A stretch of 64,000 nt of DNA, taken from contig CAZELA010000002.1 in the NCBI GenBank assembly GCA_964512835.1, positions 28,603 to 92,602 on the forward strand. Reading direction: 5' to 3'. The position numbers and the translations under genes are program-made. Source of the DNA: an uncultured Candidatus Saccharibacteria bacterium (GTDB taxonomy: Bacteria > Patescibacteriota > Minisyncoccia > Phycocordibacterales > UBA2100). The notes under the pieces are model-generated. The model saw only the letters and a program-made list of their open reading frames with translations, ran no database searches and was not told the origin of the DNA. Positions 36,865-44,900 of this stretch are shown one piece after another; within the stretch, counting starts at the first letter, position 1; each line of letters opens with the position of its first letter.

Positions 36865-38301
36865 ATGAAGCCGGCAGATGCTCCGCACGAGTCACACCTC
36901 TGGAAACGGTTGTGTCTGGTTCTTCCCGTCGTGGCACTCGTCGTGTTGTTATACGGTCTCGGATCAAGACCGTTCCTTGATTACGACGAAGCGATCTATG
37001 CGCGCGTCATGGACGATACTGCCCGGTCCGGACAGTCGGTGACGCTGATCTCTGATGGGGCTGCTTTTTACGATAAGCCGCCGCTTTATTTTTGGCTCGG
37101 CATGGCGGCTCGCGGGATGTTCGGATCCGCGGAGTTTGCGTATAGGCTTCCGTCTGCGCTTGCAGGCGTAGTATGTGTCGTGCTCGTTATGCTCATCGCG
37201 TTTGAGATTAATAGGCGCTACCGCACCGCGTGGATCGCAGGGGTCGTTCTTTTGACAACGCCGCTTATTTTCGATGCCGCGCGTCAGGTGCGTATCGACG
37301 TGTTGTTGACTGCGGGTATATTGTTTTCGTTCTACGCTTTTTTGAAGGGTTTGAAAAAGCCCGCATGGTTCTTAGGAGTAGGAGTCGGCATGGCAGTCGG
37401 ACTTTTGACAAAAAATGTGGTCGGACTCTTTTCAGTATTTCCGATCCTTGTGTGGGCTTTTGTGCACCGTCAGTACGCCTGGTTGCGCGCACCGTATTTT
37501 TGGATGTCGATGGCATTGTTTCTTGTCCTTGCCGCGCCGTGGCATGTCGTCGAGACATATCTGTACGGCAGGACATTTTGGGACAATTATCTCGTGTTCC
37601 ATGTTCTTGAGCGCTTCGCCTCGAACGTGAACGGGGGATCGGCTCGCGGTCCGGGGTATTACGTGCATTTTTTGGCGACCTTCGCGTTTCCCTGGATATG
37701 GATCAGTGCCATATGCGCTGCGGCACTGTACCGGATACGCCGCGATGCACGGTCGTATGTACAACCGGTACTGGCAATCGGCGGTTCAGTGTGCGCATTA
37801 GCCGGTATTTTTTTCGTGGCAGAGTCGAAACTGCTGCACTACATGATCCCTGCGCTCGCGTTCCTTGCGGTATTTATTGCGCTTTCGTATGAGTCACTCT
37901 ACGCCGCATTGCCCCGACGAAGAGATCTGCTGAATATGCTACTTATCGGTGCCGTGCTTCTGGGGATCGCGGGTACGGCATATGTAGGCTCCCGGTCTGT
38001 GCGCGACCTGTGGATCGAGGACACGCTCGCGGAGAATGAATATCAGATCGGCACCATGATACGAAACAGTTCCGATGATTTGCCTGTGTTCACGTTCCAA
38101 TATCCGTATCTGGATACGATCCGGTATTACAGCGGCAAGACGTTGCAACAAATGTCTGACGGTGCCGAGCTCGGTGATCCTTTTTTCCTGGTTATTCGCA
38201 CTGAGTTGTATGTCAGGGATCCGTTTCCGGCCGAGCTTGCCTCACATTTGACCGTGCTGTATCAGGGTCAGGCGACAACGCTCCTGAAGTTCACCCCATA
38301 A
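36865..38301 (+). CDS. GT39/ArnT-like glycosyltransferase (dolichyl-phosphate-mannose-protein mannosyltransferase fold)
   Basis: DYDEAIYARV...DKPPLYFWL and about 12 transmembrane helices. Confidence 0.6.
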   Translation: MKPADAPHESHLWKRLCLVLPVVALVVLLYGLGSRPFLDYDEAIYARVMDDTARSGQSVTLISDGAAFYDKPPLYFWLGMAARGMFGSAEFAYRLPSALAGVVCVVLVMLIAFEINRRYRTAWIAGVVLLTTPLIFDAARQVRIDVLLTAGILFSFYAFLKGLKKPAWFLGVGVGMAVGLLTKNVVGLFSVFPILVWAFVHRQYAWLRAPYFWMSMALFLVLAAPWHVVETYLYGRTFWDNYLVFHVLERFASNVNGGSARGPGYYVHFLATFAFPWIWISAICAAALYRIRRDARSYVQPVLAIGGSVCALAGIFFVAESKLLHYMIPALAFLAVFIALSYESLYAALPRRRDLLNMLLIGAVLLGIAGTAYVGSRSVRDLWIEDTLAENEYQIGTMIRNSSDDLPVFTFQYPYLDTIRYYSGKTLQQMSDGAELGDPFFLVIRTELYVRDPFPAELASHLTVLYQGQATTLLKFTP

Positions 38302-38306
38302 AACAG

Positions 38307-38334
38307 AACGGCCGTCGCAAGACGGCCGTTGTTT
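38307..38334. terminator. Bidirectional terminator
   Basis: aacggccgtcgcaagacggccgttgttt. Confidence 0.55.
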
Positions 38335-38917
38335 ACATTGTGCGCACTGCTTCAAACAGCGTGCGGAGCGCATCGCTCGTGATGAAAGGATCGCTCGATA
38401 CAAAGAACTCGCTCATGTCGCCGCCGACCTGTCGTGAGTAGATTGCCGCCTGCATGACCATCTCGAGCTTATCGAGTTCCTTGACGAGACGGGCCTCCGG
38501 CGTGTCTCCGCGTTCGTATTCCTCCCACAGTTCGAGATAGATCGAATCGGGGAAGTCAGATAGGAGTTCGGTGATCGCTTCACGTTCCGCGATCTTTCGC
38601 GCTTTTCGTTCCTCAGGATCTGTGACGTATTTGTCGCCATCCTTGATCTCGCCGAGCTCGTGGATGAGCGTCATGGTGACGACCTTGTTCCTGTCGAGTT
38701 CGGGGAAGTGCGTGTCGCACACAAATAGTGCGAGTATCGCCATGCCGAAGATGTGCTCGGCAACGCTCTCGCACTGCTCGGGAGGGATATCGCGCCCCTT
38801 TTTCAGCCATCCCTGCCGGTACAACTGCTTCAGATGATTTACCTGAAAGTAGAGTCGGATTAGGGGGTCGACCCCTTCGGGTAGAAACCACGACGGATTC
38901 GTATTCTTTTTCCGCAT
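38333..38917 (-). CDS. HD-domain phosphohydrolase (YfbR-like)
   Basis: SVAEHIFGMAILAL, HELGEIKDGD. Start trimmed to MRKKNT, which is preceded by a GGAGG ribosome-binding site. Confidence 0.65.
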   Translation of the reverse strand: MRKKNTNPSWFLPEGVDPLIRLYFQVNHLKQLYRQGWLKKGRDIPPEQCESVAEHIFGMAILALFVCDTHFPELDRNKVVTMTLIHELGEIKDGDKYVTDPEERKARKIAEREAITELLSDFPDSIYLELWEEYERGDTPEARLVKELDKLEMVMQAAIYSRQVGGDMSEFFVSSDPFITSDALRTLFEAVRTM

Positions 38918-38957
38918 CGGAATGCCTCCGTGAACTGGCCGCATAGTACACGACTGT

Positions 38958-38985
38958 TTGTCGGAACCAAACAACGGCCTATAAT
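38958..38985 (+). promoter_or_regulatory. Putative sigma70-type promoter of tRNA-Ile
   Basis: TTGTCG, then a 16-bp spacer, then TATAAT about 9 bp before the tRNA 5' end. Confidence 0.4.
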
Positions 38986-38994
38986 GCGCCCACA

Positions 38995-39068
38995 CCGCCC
39001 TTAGCTCAGTTGGTTAGAGCATCGAGCTTATACCTCGAGGGTCCTTGGTTCGAGTCCAAGAGGGCGGA
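38995..39068 (+). tRNA. tRNA-Ile with anticodon UAU, no encoded CCA
   Basis: Cloverleaf by eye. Acceptor CCGCCCT/AGGGCGG, D-arm GCTCAGTTGGTTAGAGC, anticodon loop CTTATAC, T-arm CTTGGTTCGAGTCCAAG. Confidence 0.65.
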
Positions 39069-39106
39069 CATAAAATTGTTCCAATTTTCTGTCCGCCCTC
39101 TTGGAC
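39054..39106. repeat. Perfect 17-bp inverted repeat (extended hairpin) that includes the tRNA-Ile T-stem and acceptor 3' strand
   Basis: gtccaagagggcggaca ... tgtccgccctcttggac separated by a 19-nt loop that is itself palindromic (aaaattg..caatttt). Confidence 0.7.
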
Positions 39107-39131
39107 GGGAAAGGGGTCGGGAAAACACCTG

Positions 39132-39173
39132 TTTTCCCGTGGAGGAAGGTTGGGAAAACCGTGGGTTTCCCAG
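39132..39173. repeat. 42-bp direct repeat, copy 1
   Basis: ttttcccgtggaggaaggttgggaaaaccgtgggtttcccag. Confidence 0.7.
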
Positions 39174-39195
39174 GAGACCTAGTGGGCGGACCTGA

Positions 39196-39225
39196 TTCAA
39201 AAACGGCACCTGCGTGCCGTTTTTG
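39196..39225. terminator. Bidirectional intrinsic terminator inside a longer 22-bp imperfect palindrome
   Basis: aaaaacggcacctgcgtgccgttttt. Confidence 0.6.
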
Positions 39226-39329
39226 ATTACAGGTCCGAGCCGGAGCGATGTCGCCAAAGCTTTGGCGACCGCGAGGCGGGGGCTGCGACCGAGGTGAGCG
39301 GCGGCGAGCCGAGAGTTGTTGCCGACAAA

Positions 39330-39371
39330 TTTTCCCGTGGAGGAGGGTTGGGAAAATCGTGGGTTTCCCAG
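39330..39371. repeat. 42-bp direct repeat, copy 2 (two mismatches)
   Basis: ttttcccgtggaggagggttgggaaaatcgtgggtttcccag. Confidence 0.7.
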
Positions 39372-39482
39372 TACTCCTCGTAAGCCGACAAATCTCGCGC
39401 AGACATTCTGGATTGACGCAGCCCCATCGCTCTTGTATTAAAGCAATGGTTACCTGCAATAGTCGCTCAAAGGAGAAGGACA

Positions 39483-40121
39483 ATGAAGGGCTTTTTCGAC
39501 CGCTTCAGTCGCACTGCACCACCGCCTGCACCGCCGCCGATTCCGGCCGCGACACCGGCCGAGAACGACTTCGCCGCCGCGTGGCAGCGGTTCCTCGGTT
39601 TCGGCGTCGACCGCGATGACCTGTTGCAGGTCCTCGAGGAGTCGCCGTTTGAGCCTCGGCTGCGCGAATATGCGGCGCGCACGCTGATCGACCGCTATCG
39701 CGATGATCTCACGATCGCAGAGCTCAATACGATCATCGTGTACACGTCGTACGCCTCGGTGAGTGTCGAAGCCGGCAATCTTGTCATGGAGCGTGCGACA
39801 AGCAAGGACGACCTCGGTCAGGTGATGCTCAGCGTGAAGTCCCTGCGGGTGCGGGCCGCGCACATTGTGCTCGCATCGAACCCCGGGACGCATGAGCTCG
39901 TGCGGTGTCTCGATATTCCCGAAGTCGCCGACGAAGCGCTGGAGCGCTTGCTCTCGCCGAAAACGCCTCGTTCAACACTCTTGCATCTGATCCGGTTTCA
40001 GAGACGCTTTGCGCCGGCGATCCGAGAGTATCTCGAGGCGAACGGCCGGCGCGCGGACTTTACGCCGCATATGGCCGGGGCACTGAAACTGCTCGCCGAA
40101 TCGCCGCACACGGACTACTAG
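39483..40121 (+). CDS. Hypothetical protein with a Pro/Ala-rich N-terminus
   Basis: A GGAGAAGGA ribosome-binding site upstream. No family recognised. Confidence 0.35.
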   Translation: MKGFFDRFSRTAPPPAPPPIPAATPAENDFAAAWQRFLGFGVDRDDLLQVLEESPFEPRLREYAARTLIDRYRDDLTIAELNTIIVYTSYASVSVEAGNLVMERATSKDDLGQVMLSVKSLRVRAAHIVLASNPGTHELVRCLDIPEVADEALERLLSPKTPRSTLLHLIRFQRRFAPAIREYLEANGRRADFTPHMAGALKLLAESPHTDY

Positions 40122-40208
40122 CGGTCCGTACATGTTGTCGAAAACCCCGGTTCGCCCGGGGTTTTTGTTTTTTTACGACATGTGTTGCGGCCATGCTATC
40201 TTCTCTCC

Positions 40209-40688
40209 ATGGCCCACATCCACGACAAGATCGATTTCTGCGTCGAGGTGTTCATTGTGAACAACGGGCGTGTTTTGTTGCGCATGCACGACAAGCACAA
40301 GATCTGGCTCTCCGTCGGCGGTCACGTTGAGCTCGACGAAGACTTCAATCAGGCGGCTATCCGGGAGGTCAAAGAAGAAGTGGGTCTCGATATTACGCTC
40401 TGGGACTCCCGTAAATGGCCAGAGAATTCCGACGAACACTACAAAGAACTGATCCCGCCGCTCTCAATGGGCAGGCATCCGTCGGCAACTGCCGAGAAAC
40501 CCGCACACGAACACGTCGTGGCTGTCTATGTAGGGATTGCAGAGAGTGATGCGGTCACCATTCAGTACGAAGGGGACCGAAGCGACGAGTGGCGGTGGTT
40601 CACACGCGAAGAGCTCGACTCTGTCGATCTACGCACGAACGTCCGGAATTACGCGATCTTCGCGCTCGAGACGCTCGGGCACGCCTAG
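40209..40688 (+). CDS. NUDIX hydrolase
   Basis: Nudix box GGHVELDEDFNQAAIREVKEEVGL. Confidence 0.8.
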   Translation: MAHIHDKIDFCVEVFIVNNGRVLLRMHDKHKIWLSVGGHVELDEDFNQAAIREVKEEVGLDITLWDSRKWPENSDEHYKELIPPLSMGRHPSATAEKPAHEHVVAVYVGIAESDAVTIQYEGDRSDEWRWFTREELDSVDLRTNVRNYAIFALETLGHA

Positions 40689-40735
40689 TGTGGATTCCCG
40701 GATTTCCTTCGCGTGGGCCGTGCGACAATGAGTCC

Positions 40736-41848
40736 ATGAAATTCGGCGTCCGCGTCATTATCGCGTCGATACTCCTTGCGCCGGTGTTCGCGAGTGCGCA
40801 GTCGACGAGCGACCTCACGTCTCAGGCAGAAACGCTTTTGAAACAGATACAACAGCTCCAGGCGCAGCTTGGCGGCGGTAGTGCAACGGGCGGAGTGGCC
40901 GGTGCGTGTTATAGCGGCGGTCCGCTCAAGCCGGGTGCAAGCGGTGCGTCCGTATCCGCATTGCAACAATTTCTCGCAGCAGATCCCTCGGTGTATCCCG
41001 AGGCAAAAGTGACCGGCTACTATGGCGCACTCACACAAAAGGCCGTGCAGCGCTTTCAGGTAAAGAACGACATCGTTACATCCGGAACTCCGTCAACCAC
41101 CGGCTACGGGTCTGTCGGGCCGCGTACCGTTGCGGTCATGGCGGCAGCCTGCGGGGGAGCGTCCGACTCATCGGGGGATCCCGTCGTCGGCGGATTCATT
41201 AAAGTGTCACCCGTCGAAGGAAGCGCCCCGCTTACGGTGAATGTGGAGGTGACGATCAATACCGTCAAATCATGCCTGCCCGCTACGTACTCGCTCTCGT
41301 GGGGAGATAATTCACTCCCGTTCACCATCTCGGTACCGGCCGGCAAGTGCGATGTTGTCGCACAAACGTACACGCATCTCTACACGCTCGGAGGTGAATA
41401 CAACGTCACGCTCTCCTCGGGTCAGCATCAAACGACTTCAAAGGTTACCGTTTCGGGTAACGGATCGATCATGACCTCGGGCACGATGGACACGAATTTT
41501 GCGGGCGGTAGTGCGTCCACAGGGGGATCGACGACAGGAGGATCGTCTACGGGCGGTTCGTCCACCGGCGGACAGGTTGTCTCGGGCGCACTCGCTATTT
41601 CAATGAGCAGTAACTCTTTCTCGCCCGGCAACATAACGGTTACGAGCGGTACGCGGGTTACCTGGACTAATACCGACTCGATGCCGCACACCGTGACCGC
41701 AGACAACGGCAGCTATAACAGCGGGGCAATGTCTCCGGGACAGACGTATGCCCTCACGTTCACGGCAAAGGGCGAATACACCTATTATTGTGCGATCCAC
41801 GGTGCAAAAGGCGGTATCGGCATGTCCGGCAAAATTACCGTTCAGTAA
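40736..41848 (+). CDS. Secreted protein with an N-terminal peptidoglycan-binding (PG_binding_1-like) domain and a C-terminal type-1 copper cupredoxin (plastocyanin/azurin-like) domain
   Basis: Signal peptide MKFGVRVIIASILLAPVFASA. PG-binding region LKPGASGASVSALQQFLAAD...GYYGALTQKAVQRFQ. C-terminal copper ligands MPHTV ... YYCAIHGAKGGIGM. Confidence 0.65.
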   Translation: MKFGVRVIIASILLAPVFASAQSTSDLTSQAETLLKQIQQLQAQLGGGSATGGVAGACYSGGPLKPGASGASVSALQQFLAADPSVYPEAKVTGYYGALTQKAVQRFQVKNDIVTSGTPSTTGYGSVGPRTVAVMAAACGGASDSSGDPVVGGFIKVSPVEGSAPLTVNVEVTINTVKSCLPATYSLSWGDNSLPFTISVPAGKCDVVAQTYTHLYTLGGEYNVTLSSGQHQTTSKVTVSGNGSIMTSGTMDTNFAGGSASTGGSTTGGSSTGGSSTGGQVVSGALAISMSSNSFSPGNITVTSGTRVTWTNTDSMPHTVTADNGSYNSGAMSPGQTYALTFTAKGEYTYYCAIHGAKGGIGMSGKITVQ

Positions 41849-41956
41849 AACGTCTTCGTGAAGGGCGCTGTGCTATCCCCATCGACGAAATGGGTGTTTC
41901 AAGTCGCCCGTGCGACGATGAACGTATATTTATTCGAATCAGGAAGCTTTTTATCT

Positions 41957-44900
41957 ATGCGAAATCTCTATAAGACCATTGCAGTAATCGCGCTGCTCCT
42001 CTCTCCGACTGTTGTAACCGCACAAACGGTCGACGTGAGCGCACTACTTGCGCAGATCAAAGCATTGCAGGCGCAGATCGCGACGGCCGCCGGCGGGAGC
42101 ACGAACGCACCTGCAACCACGCCGTCGCAGGGAAGCGGCGGAAATTGCGTCCAGCTTGATACGAATCTCCAAAAGGGTGATTCGGGTGACGACGTGAAAG
42201 ATCTGCAGAACTTCCTCATTGCAGAAGGTCTTCTTGATTCGAACGCGACCGGGTTCTTCGGTACGCTCTCCGAAACAGCCGTCAAAGAATGGCAAGGCTC
42301 GCACGGCATCACGCCGCTCGGCATCGTTGGTCCCGCGACCCGTGCTGCGATGGCAAACTGCGGCGGCATATCGAACTCATCCTCAGGGCCGACCATCGTC
42401 TCGAATCAGTGCCCGGTCATTCAAAAGCCTGCTAACTGCGAAAACGCAGTATCGGTCCAGCTCAACGGGTGTACCGTCGGCTGGCAGTGTTCCGTCGCCC
42501 AGCTTCCTGTCGAAACATTCTCCGCAACACCGACAACCGGTCCTGTTCCGCTTGTGGTCCGCTTTTCCGGCGTCGTGACCAGTGCGGATGCCGGCTTCTG
42601 CAAGGGCAACTTCTGCGCTGCGACGCTCGTGTTCGGAGACGGTACGACCGGCGCGGTGCCGCTGCCGAATACCGAGGGCGCGAGTGTGACCTACCAGGTC
42701 AATCACACCTATCAGACAGGCGGAAACTACGTTGCTAACTTGTATCAGGGTGCCGCAGGCAGCGGTGCGCCTCTTGTCGGTAACGGCATTACGATCACGC
42801 CGATCGCGAAACCGGTCGTCGTGCCCACAGGGCCTGCGATCTCGGTCACACCGAATTTCGGCAATGCGCCGCTTCCGGTCACAATCAATGTCACAGGCGT
42901 CACGTCTGCACTTAATTTGTCCGTCGAATTCGGAGACGGCACATTCTCGAGTGTTCAACCGATGGGAAGTAGCTTCGGTGTGACGCACACGTACACCGGC
43001 TCGGGATCGTTCACTGCAAAACTCCGCCGCACGAACGGAACGGGTGATACCTGCGTAAGTGCGCAGTGCCCGATTCTCTCGTCGGCTGCGGTCTCGGTGA
43101 CCGGCGGTCAGGCTGCGTCGGCATCGCTCGTCGCAAATCCGGCCATCGGTCTTGCGCCGCTTCCGGTCACGTTCTTCCTCAACGGCGCGAGCGCATCGTA
43201 TCCCGGGGGTGTCATTCTTGATTTTGGAGACGGCACGACCGAGATGGTCTGCTTGGCGAATGCGTTGTGCGCACAAAAAACGACGACGCACACCTATGCG
43301 ACGGCAGGCACGTTTAACGTGCAGCTTGTTGCGCAAAGCGCAGGCGGTACAACCATCCTGAAAACGGCAACAGTTACGGCGAGCTCGCAGCAGGCGACAG
43401 CGCTTACGGTGTCACCTGCGTCCGGCCCTGCGCCGCTCGATGTAACCTTCACGGCGCATGGCGGTAACCAGCTCTACGTGAACGGCGTCATTCTCAAATA
43501 TGGTGACGGCACGAGCGAAACATTCTGTAACCCGAATGAGCTGTGCGGACAAAAGACAAAGACACACAAGTACACGGACGGCTCTCAGTTCAGTGCGCAG
43601 CTCATCGGCCTGAACGCCGGCTCCGCAAGTACGACGATCGGCACCGCGTCGGTAAACGTGACAGGCGGTCCGTCGAAGATCAAGGTAACCGGCCCGACGG
43701 GTGTCATTCGCAAAGGGGAGTCCGCTTCGATTTCGTGGCAGATCCTGGGTACGAAGCCGAACTCCGGCACGATCTCATTCGATCTCTACACACAGGCGGG
43801 TACCCGCGTCGGAACGATTCTCGCAATCACCAACTACTCGAGCGGTAGCGCAACATGGAAAGTCCCGAGTTCGGCAGACAAGAACTGCTCCGCAACACAG
43901 CCGAACGGTCTGTGCGGTGTGCTCTTGCAGCCGGGCATGTATCGCATCACTGCGAGTGCGTCGAATATGTCGACGAATCCCGAGATCTCCTCTGAGGCGA
44001 CCTTCGAGATCAAGGACGAGATCGTGCAGCCGGGCGGATTCACCATCTCGATCACGCCGTCTTCCGGTGAGCCAGGTAAGCCGATGTCGATTAAGTACCG
44101 CGTCGCGAACCCGCCGGCGAATTCCGGTGTAGCGCTCTGGATGGTACGACCCGACGGAAGCAACGCAGCGCTCATTTCGGGCCGACTCGAGGCGGATAAA
44201 GAACAGAGCACATTCCCATGGGAAGCGGGCGCAACCCAAAACTGCGTCGCCGCGCTCTTCAATCCGAATATCGTGTGCAATCAGTCGCTTGCGCCGATCG
44301 CCACGGGCACCTTCCACATCCTGGGTAAGGTGTATGCACCGTTTGACGGAAAGTACATCGATGACTCTGCGGTGACCATTCACGCGGTCGCAACAAGTAC
44401 TGCGTTCACGATCAAAACCCCCGGAACCGGTTCATCCTGTGTCGTTCTGACATCCAACCTTGGCCCGGGCGACACCGATGCAACGACCGGAGGCGATGTG
44501 AGCGTTCTGCAGAAGTTCCTTGCCGAAGACAGCGAGATCTATCCGGAGGGCATCGTGAATGGTGTATACGGTAATGCGACGCGCCGCGCGGTTGAAAGAC
44601 TCCAGGCATCGAAGGGTATCGTGTCGTCGGGTTCCCCCGAGACGAACGGATACGGTGCGGTCGGTCCGTCCACGCGCGCTGCGATTGCTGCAAGCTGCAC
44701 ATCGAATGCGTCGTATCTTTTTACGGCAACGCCGCTCACCGGCCGTCAGCCGCTTCAGGTAACATTCAGCGCCAAGATACCGACAACTGCAGATACGTAC
44801 TACAACGTCGACTTCGGTGACGGCACGAGCGGTCCGCTTGATCAGACGGTCGGATCCAACAAGACCGCGAAACACACGTACACAACGACCGGCACCTACA

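Noticed and set aside
39001-39068. Alternative reading of the tRNA with acceptor GCCCTTA or on the minus strand
   Set aside because: Only the plus-strand fold with acceptor CCGCCCT/AGGGCGG gives a complete cloverleaf with a canonical GTTCGAGTCC T-loop.
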